From contig CBDCOX010000002.1 of assembly GCA_965219995.1 (NCBI GenBank), forward strand, positions 1,056,001-1,120,000: a stretch of 64,000 nucleotides of DNA. The letters are read 5' to 3'. This stretch comes from Candidatus Latescibacterota bacterium. GTDB lineage: Bacteria > Latescibacterota > UBA2968 > GCA-2709665. Below the pieces are notes generated by a model. The model made no database searches, was not told the DNA's origin, and was given only the letters and a program-made list of their open reading frames with translations. The stretch's first letter is position 1. Each line of letters opens with the position of its first letter. The translations under genes were made by a program, and so were the position numbers. This document shows positions 48,976-58,589 of this stretch, piece by piece.

Positions 48976-49604
48976 GCCTGTACTTTCCTGTCGAGTTCGT
49001 CCCACTCTTCCCGCCGGATCAGTTCCACGGTCTCCCAGTTCACCAGCCTGTCCCACACCGCCTTTCGCCGCGCGGGACTTTCGGGAAACCGCGCCATCAC
49101 CCTCGGACGCAACCCGGCCAGATAGTCCACCACTCCGCCGTGTTCGCGCCCGAGAACATCCTCGAGATGCCGCCTGACCAGACGCGCGTACGCAGGGCTG
49201 GCCCCGGCGGTCGAGACGGCCACCTGAAACCCACCGCGACGCAGCGTGGCGGGCACGGAAAAGTCCCCCGGGCCCATGCCGTCCGAGCGGTTCACCGGAA
49301 TGCCGTTTTCGCCGGCGGCCAGTACGACCTCCTCGTTCACAGACGCGCGGTCCGTGGCAGCAAAGACCAGAAACGCGCCTCTCGCGTCACTCCGATCGAA
49401 TGCGCGCCGTACCAGACGCACGCGGCCGGCGGCCGCCAGGGTCTCCAGAGAGTCGGATGCGACCCGTGCGATCACAGTCACATCCGCGCCCGCGGCGAGC
49501 AGGCCGCGCACTTTCCGCTCGGCCACGGCCCCGCCGCCAGCGACGACGCATTTCCGGTTTCGCAGATCCAGAAAGACGGGATATTCAGCCCATTGGTCCG
49601 CCAT
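48963..49604 (-). CDS. sirC: Precorrin-2 dehydrogenase / sirohydrochlorin ferrochelatase (SirC/CysG N-terminal)
   Basis: YPVFLDL, GGGAVAERK, ATD, VSTAGASP. Confidence 0.9.
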   Translation of the reverse strand: MADQWAEYPVFLDLRNRKCVVAGGGAVAERKVRGLLAAGADVTVIARVASDSLETLAAAGRVRLVRRAFDRSDARGAFLVFAATDRASVNEEVVLAAGENGIPVNRSDGMGPGDFSVPATLRRGGFQVAVSTAGASPAYARLVRRHLEDVLGREHGGVVDYLAGLRPRVMARFPESPARRKAVWDRLVNWETVELIRREEWDELDRKVQACLS

Positions 49605-49624
49605 ATGCACTCGCGCACATTTAC

Positions 49625-50452
49625 CTACTGTGCCAGAACGTGTTTTCCGGGAAACAGCAAACCCATAACCGGAAACGTGAACACCACGAGGACAAATCCC
49701 AGAATCGACATGAGTGCGGCCCGTTTCCCCTGCCACCCCGCGATCCATCGGGCGGCAAGGAGCCCGGCATAGACAACCCAGGTAACCAACAGCACCCAGA
49801 ATGCCGGTTCGCTCCAGATCCAGAACCGGTACATCTTCTGGTGGACCCACACGGAACTCGCGACAATGCCGGCGGTCAGGAATACGAAACCGAACGAAGC
49901 CGCGCGGCCGTTGGTCTGATCGAGGGTATCCAGCGGCGGCAGACGATCATAGAAGAAGCCCAGATGTTTCTTCTGAATCTCACCGAGCAGCATCACGTAC
50001 ATTGTTGCGCTGACGCTGGATATGGCGAACGCCGCATAGGCCAGAATGTAGGCGAAAACGTGGAGCTTGAACCACCCTCCGGTGTGCGCCACTCTTGGCG
50101 CTTCTTCAACGCCCATGAGGTTGGAAGCGGCAACGAGGTGCAGCACGGCCACGATGGGTACGACCAGCGCGCCCAGCGAACCGCGGCAGGTTCCGAATTC
50201 CAGGTAAAGAAAAACAATGACAACCAGCCAGGCGCATAATGAAGGCAGCACCTGGCTGGATAAGGGAACCTGTCCTGTTGCAATCACCATTCTGGCCAGC
50301 AGTGTACTGTGCAGCACCCAGCCCACGATGAGGCTCCAGAAACCGAGCGAGCCCCCGAGGGCCTGCTTTCTAATAAAGTGTGTTGCGTAGGCGCACGCAC
50401 TGACGACATAGGCCACTCCCGCACCCGTCACCAGCAGATTCTGCAATCCCAT
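49625..50452 (-). CDS. Cytochrome c assembly protein CcsA / HemX-like membrane protein
   Basis: Multiple TM helices, WFKLH, RLPPLDTLD, Trp-rich W..W.EP segment; lies in the hem operon. Confidence 0.85.
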   Translation of the reverse strand: MGLQNLLVTGAGVAYVVSACAYATHFIRKQALGGSLGFWSLIVGWVLHSTLLARMVIATGQVPLSSQVLPSLCAWLVVIVFLYLEFGTCRGSLGALVVPIVAVLHLVAASNLMGVEEAPRVAHTGGWFKLHVFAYILAYAAFAISSVSATMYVMLLGEIQKKHLGFFYDRLPPLDTLDQTNGRAASFGFVFLTAGIVASSVWVHQKMYRFWIWSEPAFWVLLVTWVVYAGLLAARWIAGWQGKRAALMSILGFVLVVFTFPVMGLLFPGKHVLAQ

Positions 50453-50601
50453 AACGTTGGACCCCAAACTGAATCGGCGTGTGAAACCGGCCTCCGAACC
50501 ACACGCCTTCGGTACCGGCGACGGGGTCACTACTCATTCGACACCGGTCGTCCGGCTGCACCGGTCAAGGCCCTTTTGCGGGCCGAGGCCGGACATTGAA
50601 T

Positions 50602-51801
50602 TTACACAATCCCATCTGACGAATCAATTGAAATTCGGCAATTTCCGCCCGGTGCGACAACGCCGAGGACCACGGATCCGGAGGCGCCCGTCGCCGCGGG
50701 CAGATTGCCGGTTCGGCCTTCCACCGACGCATTCGCGAGTACCGCAAAGGCGATCGCCTCCTTTGCCTCCGACGGCACTCCCAGCGCATCCGACTCGCAG
50801 ATATCCATACCCGGAACGGCGCCGCGCAGCATTTCCATCAGAACCGGGTTTCGGGCGCCGCCGCCGCTGACGGCCAATCTCCCCACGGGGATGACAGGCA
50901 CCACAAACCTCGTTAACGCATCCGCAATGCTTCGAGCCGTAAACGCGGTCGCGGTGGCGACAAGATCCTCATCGGGCAAGCGTCCACGCCAGGCCAGGAC
51001 GTCCCGAACCAGCGTTGCGCCGAACGCCTCCCGTCCGGTCGACTTGGGCGGCGCCTCTTTCAGAAAGGGGTGGCGCATCAATTCCGCCAGCAGCGAACCG
51101 GATACATTTCCCGCTGCGGCGTACGAACCATTCTCGTCGTAGGCCAGGCGTCCGCCGGTAAGGACGCCTGTCAGCCCGTCCATCAACATGTTTCCCGGCC
51201 CCGTGTCGAATGCCAGGACATCCTCCGTGCCGCACCCGGCGGGCAGCACGGTGACGTTTGAGATTCCACCGATATTCAGCAATACGCGCCCCTCACACAC
51301 GGACCTGAACAGCAGAAAATCCACGACGGGCACGAGCGGCGCCCCCTGCCCTCCGGCCGCCATGTCGCGCGCCCGAAAATCCGCGACCGTTGTGACGCCT
51401 GTGCGCTCCGCGATCACACTCGGGTCGGCGATCTGCAACGAGGATCGCGTCGTCACACCGAACCCGTGGTATGCATCGGGCAGGTGATGCACGGTCTGTC
51501 CATGCGAACCGATGAGGTCCACGCCGGACATCGCCACGCCGGCCTTTCGGCACACCTTGAAGGCGGATCTGGCAAACCACTCTCCAAGAATGACATTCAG
51601 CCTGCATATATCTCCCGCGTTGCCACTCCGGGCCTCCGACACTTCAAGGATCTCTCTCCGCAATTCCCGCGGGTACGGCAATCCGGTAAACGCGACGAGC
51701 CGGACCCCGGATTCCGAACGTCCGACCTCGACGAGCGCCGCGTCGACCCCATCGGCCGATGTACCGGACATGAGCCCGATCACCCTGCGAAACGCGCTCA
51801 T
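50602..51801 (-). CDS. anmK: Anhydro-N-acetylmuramic acid kinase
   Basis: GLMSGTSADGVD, SHGQT, DMAAGGQGAPL, NIGGI, FDTGPGN, PKSTGRE, KEA. Confidence 0.97.
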   Translation of the reverse strand: MSAFRRVIGLMSGTSADGVDAALVEVGRSESGVRLVAFTGLPYPRELRREILEVSEARSGNAGDICRLNVILGEWFARSAFKVCRKAGVAMSGVDLIGSHGQTVHHLPDAYHGFGVTTRSSLQIADPSVIAERTGVTTVADFRARDMAAGGQGAPLVPVVDFLLFRSVCEGRVLLNIGGISNVTVLPAGCGTEDVLAFDTGPGNMLMDGLTGVLTGGRLAYDENGSYAAAGNVSGSLLAELMRHPFLKEAPPKSTGREAFGATLVRDVLAWRGRLPDEDLVATATAFTARSIADALTRFVVPVIPVGRLAVSGGGARNPVLMEMLRGAVPGMDICESDALGVPSEAKEAIAFAVLANASVEGRTGNLPAATGASGSVVLGVVAPGGNCRISIDSSDGIV

Positions 51802-51925
51802 GTACTCCCCTCCATTCTTCACTTGTGACGCCCGGATGCATTGGCAATGATCAGGACGTGCCTTCTCGCAATGCCAACCGATCGTCGGCCCTGTACGGAT
51901 CAGACCCGTCAGTTGCGGCGTCCGG

Positions 51926-52981
51926 TCAACGCCTACCTGAGCCGATATCCAGGTCCGTCGCCCTGCGTACTCCACCAAGGAAATATCGGAAGCCGACCAC
52001 ACCGCGGTAGACCCTGCCGAAGACCTCCCGGTCCGCAACCACGCGTACCCGTTGCGCGTCTCTCCGCCGGCGCAGTATCGCGACCGGGTGAAACAACACC
52101 CACAGCAGACCGCAAAGCGCCGCCGCCGGCCGCTTCCAGTCGCGCTTCACCATTCCGAGAAGCACAGTGCCCAGTTCCATCAGGACCCGCGCCGGAAACA
52201 CCCAGGCCAACGAGAGTGCGGACAGGTTCTTCAACACCATCACCAGCTGGTTCCTGTGATTCAGATAGGCCTTCCGGAAAGCCTTCGCATCCAGAGACCA
52301 GCCGCCATAGTGATAGACGAGCGACTCCGGAACGGATTTCACCCTGTACCCCACAAGATGGAAACGCCAGCACAGATCGATTTCCTCCATGTGCATATAA
52401 AACCCCTCATCCATGAGTCCGGTTTCCCTCAGGCATCCCACACGAAGGAACATTGCGCCGCCAACCGCCCAGAAAATATCCGTCGATCGATCGTACTGAC
52501 CTCGATCCTCCTCGACCGTCTGAAACAACCGGCCCAGACAGAAGGTGTATCCGAGCATGTCCATCATCCCGCCCGCGGCCCCGCCGTAGTCGAATTCGCC
52601 GCGTTCACGGAGCGATCTCACCTTGGGCTGGCACACGCCTACCCGCGGGTCGGCTTCCATTGCGGCCAACAGCGGCGGCAACCAGCCATCGGCGACTTCT
52701 ACATCGTTATTCAGCAGCATCGCAAATTCTCCGCGCGCCACCTCCAGCCCGCGGTTACAACCCGCACCCATACCCTTCCCGCCCCCGACGCTCACGACCC
52801 GGATTCCCGGAAACCGCGCCTGCGCACGCTGCAGACTTCCGTCGTCGTACGGCCGGTCGTCGGCGACGATGACCTCGAACGGCACGCCGGTCGTTCTCGA
52901 ATACAGGAAATCCAGGCACGTCAGAAGTACATCCCCCAGAAAATGCGGCACGATCACAGACACGACGGGGTCAGGGGCCAT
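51926..52981 (-). CDS. GT2 family glycosyltransferase
   Basis: VSVIVP, LLNND, FWAVGGA, HMEEIDLCWR, VYHYGG. Confidence 0.93.
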   Translation of the reverse strand: MAPDPVVSVIVPHFLGDVLLTCLDFLYSRTTGVPFEVIVADDRPYDDGSLQRAQARFPGIRVVSVGGGKGMGAGCNRGLEVARGEFAMLLNNDVEVADGWLPPLLAAMEADPRVGVCQPKVRSLRERGEFDYGGAAGGMMDMLGYTFCLGRLFQTVEEDRGQYDRSTDIFWAVGGAMFLRVGCLRETGLMDEGFYMHMEEIDLCWRFHLVGYRVKSVPESLVYHYGGWSLDAKAFRKAYLNHRNQLVMVLKNLSALSLAWVFPARVLMELGTVLLGMVKRDWKRPAAALCGLLWVLFHPVAILRRRRDAQRVRVVADREVFGRVYRGVVGFRYFLGGVRRATDLDIGSGRR

Positions 52982-55412
52982 CGATCGCCTCCTGACGTCG
53001 GACCCGCTGCCGCAAGTTCTCCAGTGCCCTGGAGACCTCCCGGTCCGCGGGCGTCAACTGCAGGAGGGATTCCAGATCCGCGGCGGCGCCCTTAAGGTCT
53101 CCAGTACGTTCCCTGGACGCGGCCCTGTTAAAAAGGGCGCGCTCGACGCCGACATTGGCGTCGATCATCCGGGTATAGAGGACGATTGCCGCATCGTAAC
53201 GGCCTATTCGCATCTGCAGCTCCGCCACGGCGCCCAGACGCGTTTCTTCGTCGATCTGCCGTGAGTCCAGCACCACATTCAGCAACCGCTGTGCCTCCTC
53301 AGGTCGATCCAATCGATGCATCAGTTCGGCCATCAACACGAACCCCTGCCAGTGCTCGGGCGGCAGCGCGCGCGCCTCGCAGAATTGCAGAACCTTGTAG
53401 GCGCCGTCCCGGTCACCCCGTTCTGCCATCGCTTCCGCAAGGTGAAGGAACACCGCCGGATAATTGGCGAGCAGGTTCCGCGCGGTCCGATTGCGATGCA
53501 CCTCCGGGTCCGGCACGCCACGATACCGATAGAGGTCCAGCAAGTGCATTCTGGTTTTCTGTACGTTGACCGGCGCGGCTTTTCGCCCCGACAGGCGAAA
53601 CACCAACCCTTCCATCTCGAGGAAATCATGCAATCCCATCCTGTTGTCAACCGGCACGGTCAGCGCGAAATATACCGGTCTCTTCCACTGGTTCCAATCC
53701 ACAATCTTCAATACCATGACATCCTGTACCCGCAATACCCTGCCGGGTATTCCCCGGACGGTCCATTTCAGCCCGGCCGCCTGGACGTCGCGGCCCTCCG
53801 GCCAGAACCGCCCGGACTGCCTCACCGCCATCGGCGTATGGACGGTCAATACCTGATCGATATAGTCGTCCGTGTACCGAATGGGGACCTTCGGCGCCAG
53901 ATCCCTCAACTGCTTGATATACCAGGGGGTATTCAGCAAGCTCAGGTTCACCACGCGGACGTCCTTTCGGAGCCCCATCACCTCCTGCTGGAACCATAGC
54001 GGGAAACTGTCGTTATCCGCGTTTGTAAACAGGATCGCGTCGGGGTCGCAGGAATTCAGGATATTCGCCGCGTAGTCGTACGCAAAGCGGTTCCCGGTCC
54101 GGTCGTGGGTCGGGTAGAGGCTCGCGGCCAACCCGCCCGGCATCGCGAGCAGAAGGCAGGCCGCAGCAGTCGCCGGGGCCCTGCCGCGAAAGCGGTACAC
54201 GCCGCGCGTTACAGCCGACGCACCGATACCCATCCACACCGCGAACAACCCGAAGGACCCCACGAAAACGTAATCGCGTTCCCTCGGCTGCGGGTCTTCC
54301 ATGTTGAGATAAACCGACAGCCCGATGCCCGAAAGCACGAAAAGCGCGGCAAAAGCCACGAAGCGACCGCGGTCGCGGCGCCAGTGTTTCCACATGCCAA
54401 AGCATCCGAGGAGATACGGAATGACTGAGATTCGAACAAGCTGCACCTCGTGGGAGGTTGCCTGCCGGAAAGCGTCCGACACGAACCGCAGCCCCGGCAC
54501 CGGAAACTGCGCGACGAAGTACTTTATGTACATCGTCAGGATCTGGAAGTCCCAGAATGGCGCCTTCCGGTCGAATATACCCAGCAGCATACTTTCCGCA
54601 CCGTATTGTTCACGGGTCAGAAACTTGATGAAATTGCTCCACGTCTCCGGATTATTCTCGTCAATCATGGGATTCAGCCCCGACCGGATGTAGAGCGAGG
54701 CGTACGTCGAGTACCCCACAACGAACAGGAGTGTCGCGTATGCCCAGATTCGCGGGTCTCTCAATATCCGGGGCTTCCGAATCCAGATCAAACCGAGCAA
54801 CGTGGGCACGGTCAAGAGACACAGCAGGTGTACGCCGCCCGCGAGGCCCATCAGATAGGCGGTAAACAACGGTATCCGGTGACGGTCTCCGTCATCGGCG
54901 CGATCCATCCATCTCAACCCAAGCCAGAGGGACAACGTCATCAGCATCGTGGAGAAACCGTACACCTCGGTCTCTACGGCATTGTACCAGAAGGTGTCCG
55001 AAAAAGCCAGCATCAGCGCGGCCACGCCGCCTCCGACCGCACGGGACACATATTGTATACGCCCCTCGCCGCCTTCCCGACACAGTAGGATCAGGCGGAC
55101 CGTGATCAGATACACGAACAGTACCGCGAGCGCGCTCGTAATTACCGAGATGAGATTCATGGGAAACGCGGGGTCGCCGCCGACCGGCAACAACGTAAAC
55201 AGACGGCCGATCAGCAAATAGAGCGGCGCGCCCGGCGGGTGCGGTATGCCCAGCGAATACGCGCACGCGACAAATTCCCCCGAGTCCCAGAACGAAACCG
55301 TCGGGGCCGCTGTCCGGACAAACACCGCCAGCGAAATCAGAGAGACGCCTGCGGCGCCCATCCGTATGAGACCGCGTCCGGCGGACGGATCGTCTGAAAG
55401 TCGCCCGGTCAA
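52971..55412 (-). CDS. DUF2723 (TMEM260-like GT-C) membrane glycosyltransferase with C-terminal TPRs
   Basis: APTVSFWDSGEF...HPPGAP, AVETEVY, RERDY, DNDSFPLW, SLLNTPWY; TPR-like tail. Confidence 0.88.
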   Translation of the reverse strand: MTGRLSDDPSAGRGLIRMGAAGVSLISLAVFVRTAAPTVSFWDSGEFVACAYSLGIPHPPGAPLYLLIGRLFTLLPVGGDPAFPMNLISVITSALAVLFVYLITVRLILLCREGGEGRIQYVSRAVGGGVAALMLAFSDTFWYNAVETEVYGFSTMLMTLSLWLGLRWMDRADDGDRHRIPLFTAYLMGLAGGVHLLCLLTVPTLLGLIWIRKPRILRDPRIWAYATLLFVVGYSTYASLYIRSGLNPMIDENNPETWSNFIKFLTREQYGAESMLLGIFDRKAPFWDFQILTMYIKYFVAQFPVPGLRFVSDAFRQATSHEVQLVRISVIPYLLGCFGMWKHWRRDRGRFVAFAALFVLSGIGLSVYLNMEDPQPRERDYVFVGSFGLFAVWMGIGASAVTRGVYRFRGRAPATAAACLLLAMPGGLAASLYPTHDRTGNRFAYDYAANILNSCDPDAILFTNADNDSFPLWFQQEVMGLRKDVRVVNLSLLNTPWYIKQLRDLAPKVPIRYTDDYIDQVLTVHTPMAVRQSGRFWPEGRDVQAAGLKWTVRGIPGRVLRVQDVMVLKIVDWNQWKRPVYFALTVPVDNRMGLHDFLEMEGLVFRLSGRKAAPVNVQKTRMHLLDLYRYRGVPDPEVHRNRTARNLLANYPAVFLHLAEAMAERGDRDGAYKVLQFCEARALPPEHWQGFVLMAELMHRLDRPEEAQRLLNVVLDSRQIDEETRLGAVAELQMRIGRYDAAIVLYTRMIDANVGVERALFNRAASRERTGDLKGAAADLESLLQLTPADREVSRALENLRQRVRRQEAIDGP

Positions 55413-55512
55413 CCGTGTGTCCTCGATTTAGTCATAGGGAACCGCTCCCGTTCTTCAGACGCCGCCGGGCCGTATGGGTTCAATGCGCATCAGGGAAAAG
55501 TTCATCTCCACG

Positions 55513-56961
55513 TCATTCCGGTCCGGATTGCCAAGCCTCTTCTTCCACATCCCCGCCCGACGTTTTCGCGACGGCGCCTGTCTCCGAATCTTCGGGAGCT
55601 TCGATGACACGCATTGATTTCCACTTGCCGCCCCGGAACCGCATCATAAAGATCAAGCCGCCCGCGACAAGATAGAGACTGATGAAAACCCAGGCGAAGT
55701 AAAGACCCCAGCCAAACGTCACGACCGACAGGTAGGTCGGCAGGACCATCACAAACCAGCCGAGCGCTACCGATACAAACATGACAAACCGCGTATCTCC
55801 CGCACCCTTCACGCCGGCCGAGAAGACGATATAGAGTGCATCGAACACGCAGTAGAACGCAACGAACCGCAACAGGACGACGGAAATCTCCCAGACCTGC
55901 TCGAACGTCTCGGGATCGGCGCCGGAAATATACGGCCGAAGAAAGAGACCCGGCGCGAAGACATACCCTGCGGCCATCACAAGCATATACGCCAGGCTGA
56001 GATGCGCCGCCGACCACGTGCTGCGTTCTGCCAGGTCCGCCCTGTCCTTGCCCAGGTATTGCCCGACGAGCGTTGAAACCGCGATGCCCAGACCCATCAT
56101 CGGCAGGAACGCGAGGGTATTGACGTTGAACGTCACACTCGTGGCCGCCAGCGCCGTCGTTCCCAGTTTCCCGACCAGAAGGATGAACATCGAAAAGCCC
56201 AGGATCTCCAGCATGAATTGAACGCCGTTCGGCAAACCGAAACGCACAAGCCTGCGTAACAACCCGCTTTCCGGCCGCCAACCGCTCAACGTGTGGAATT
56301 CGCTTCGGTATCGGGGCCGCATCATCAGGATGAAGAACACAACGGGGATCAGGAGGTGAGATACGACCGACGCCCAGGCGGCTCCTCGAATGCCCCATTC
56401 GGGGAATCCCCAGTGACCGAATATCCACGCATAGTCCAGGACGACGTTCAGACCGTTCGCAAGCAAATTCACCCACATGACCGTCCGTGTGTCCCCGCGC
56501 CCGCTGAAAAACGAGGAGATCGCAACCCCGGTGATCCCCGGCCCCATGAAGCACAGAATTCTGAAATACTCCGCCTCCAGTGCGCGTATCCGCGGCTCGT
56601 GCCCCGCCCACTCGAATATATGAGCGGAAAAAGGCATCAGACACAGGATGAACCCGCCGGAGGCAAGACCGACATAGATCCCCTGCCACACCGCCGGGCC
56701 CACCCTGTCACGCCGGTCCGCCCCCCAGTACTGGGCGACGAATGTGTTCACGTAGGCAACCGTACCGATGAACAGGCTAGAGAAGGTGAACTGCATCATG
56801 CCCGCCGGCAGACTGGCCGCCAGTACGTCCCGGCTGTACCAGCTCAGGAATACCCGATCCACAAAGATCTGCAGGCTCCACGATCCCGTGCTCAGAATGA
56901 GCGGCGCCGCCATTCGCAGCACATCCCTGTAGCCGCCAGGTTCATGCCATCGGGAGATCAT
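55513..56961 (-). CDS. MATE family efflux transporter
   Basis: About 12 TM helices, D.VFLS, GRGDT, WGIRGAAWAS, GAGDT. Confidence 0.92.
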   Translation of the reverse strand: MISRWHEPGGYRDVLRMAAPLILSTGSWSLQIFVDRVFLSWYSRDVLAASLPAGMMQFTFSSLFIGTVAYVNTFVAQYWGADRRDRVGPAVWQGIYVGLASGGFILCLMPFSAHIFEWAGHEPRIRALEAEYFRILCFMGPGITGVAISSFFSGRGDTRTVMWVNLLANGLNVVLDYAWIFGHWGFPEWGIRGAAWASVVSHLLIPVVFFILMMRPRYRSEFHTLSGWRPESGLLRRLVRFGLPNGVQFMLEILGFSMFILLVGKLGTTALAATSVTFNVNTLAFLPMMGLGIAVSTLVGQYLGKDRADLAERSTWSAAHLSLAYMLVMAAGYVFAPGLFLRPYISGADPETFEQVWEISVVLLRFVAFYCVFDALYIVFSAGVKGAGDTRFVMFVSVALGWFVMVLPTYLSVVTFGWGLYFAWVFISLYLVAGGLIFMMRFRGGKWKSMRVIEAPEDSETGAVAKTSGGDVEEEAWQSGPE

Positions 56962-57116
56962 GGAAACCTCATCGGACCCGGCCCGGGCCATGGTCGACGG
57001 TTCCCGCGCGCCGCCGGACAGGCAGGGCGCGCCGCGGCGAAGAAGTGAAAACACATCGATGGACGGCGTTATAGGAGGGCGGTGCGGGCGGTTGCAACAT
57101 TTGAGCGATTTTTCTC

Positions 57117-57145
57117 TTGTCGGGCATTGACGTCGATGGTAGATT
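57117..57145 (+). promoter_or_regulatory. Sigma70-type promoter
   Basis: TTGTCG-N17-TAGATT; a divergent TTGCAA-N18-TATAAC lies on the minus strand at 57068-57097. Confidence 0.45.
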
Positions 57146-57197
57146 CGCTGACCGGAACGGGCCGGCCAACCCACAAACTCATCCCCGGGGCCATGAC

Positions 57198-58571
57198 ATG
57201 ATTTACGACGTCGTCATCATAGGCGGAGGTAGCGCGGGCTATGCCGCCGCTCGCGTGGCCGCGGACAACGGCGCCAGCGTCGCCGTTGTCGACAAGGGTC
57301 CGCTCGGCGGCCTTTGCATCCTGCGCGGCTGCATGCCCTCCAAGACGCTGCTCCGAAGTTCGGATCTTTTGTCGCTGATGAAACGGGCCGGAGAATTCGG
57401 CCTGAACGCCCGCGAAGTCACGCCGGACCTGGCCGCCATCAACGACCGAAAACGCAGGCTGGTGGACGAATTCGCAGAGTACAGGGTTGCGCAGCTCAAC
57501 AGCCCGGAATTCACACTGATTGAGGGACGTGCGCGGTTCGAATCGCCGAACGCCGTTCGCGTTGGCTCGACGAGGGTCCGCGGACGGCGTTTCGTCATTT
57601 CCGTGGGTTCCGTAGTCAGCAAGGTCTCCGTTCCCGGGCTGAACGACGCCGGCTTTCTCACAAGCGACGACGTCCTGGAACTTCGGAAACTTCCCGAATC
57701 CGTCATCGTGCTGGGAGGGGGCGCCGTCGCAACCGAACTTGGCCAGTTCCTGTGCCGGATGGGGGCCCGGACCACGCTGATACAGAGAAACAGCCAGTTG
57801 ATCAGCGCCTGCGATCCGGACATGGTCCGCCCGGTGGAGACCCGATTCAGAGAAGAAGGCATGCAGGTATTCACGGGCACCTCCCTCCAGCGTGTCTCCA
57901 GAACAGGTGACCGTACCACCGTCCACTTCCTTCACCGCGGGGAGCCTCGTACAGCCACGGCCGCGATTGTCTTCAATGCATTGGGACGCGTGCCGGACCT
58001 CGCCGGCCTGGCGCTGGAACGCGCGGGCGTTGACGTCGAGAACGGACGAATCGTCGCCAGCGATCTCATGCAGACCAGCGCGGAGCACGTCTTCGCCGCG
58101 GGAGACTGCGTGGGTCCTTACGAAATCGTACATATCGCCGTGTTGCAGGGTGAGATTTGTGGTCACAATGCGGTGGCGGAAGTGCCCGACAAGAAAATCG
58201 ACTATCGCCTGCGGACGTCGGTCGTCTTCACCGATCCGCAGGTGGCCTCGGTCGGGCCGACGGAACGAGAGTGCAGGAACGCGGGCATTGCCTATCTGTC
58301 GGCAGAATATCCGTTCAGCGATCATGGCAAGTCGCTTGTGATGGGAGAAACGCACGGCGCCGTGAAGATCCTCTGCCATCCGGAAAGCGGCGAACTCATC
58401 GCCGGTCATATCACAGGTCCGGAGGCTTCCGAGCTCATCCATGAGCTCGCCGCGGTAATCTACTACCGGGGCACCGTATTCGATCTCCTCGAAATTCCAC
58501 ACTACCATCCAACGCTCGCCGAGATCATCACCTACCCTGCGGAAGAACTCGCCGGCAACCTGGCCCGCTAG
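57198..58571 (+). CDS. Dihydrolipoyl dehydrogenase-family flavoprotein disulfide reductase
   Basis: GGGSAG, GGLCILRGCMPSK, FAAGD, FTDPQ, HPTLAE. Confidence 0.92.
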   Translation: MIYDVVIIGGGSAGYAAARVAADNGASVAVVDKGPLGGLCILRGCMPSKTLLRSSDLLSLMKRAGEFGLNAREVTPDLAAINDRKRRLVDEFAEYRVAQLNSPEFTLIEGRARFESPNAVRVGSTRVRGRRFVISVGSVVSKVSVPGLNDAGFLTSDDVLELRKLPESVIVLGGGAVATELGQFLCRMGARTTLIQRNSQLISACDPDMVRPVETRFREEGMQVFTGTSLQRVSRTGDRTTVHFLHRGEPRTATAAIVFNALGRVPDLAGLALERAGVDVENGRIVASDLMQTSAEHVFAAGDCVGPYEIVHIAVLQGEICGHNAVAEVPDKKIDYRLRTSVVFTDPQVASVGPTERECRNAGIAYLSAEYPFSDHGKSLVMGETHGAVKILCHPESGELIAGHITGPEASELIHELAAVIYYRGTVFDLLEIPHYHPTLAEIITYPAEELAGNLAR

Positions 58572-58589
58572 AACTTCATTGACGGACCG

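Noticed and set aside
57069-58508. 479-aa minus-strand ORF
   Set aside because: Antisense to the flavoprotein disulfide reductase
57198-58571. Mercuric reductase MerA
   Set aside because: No C-terminal Cys-Cys pair, no HMA domain and no mer genes nearby
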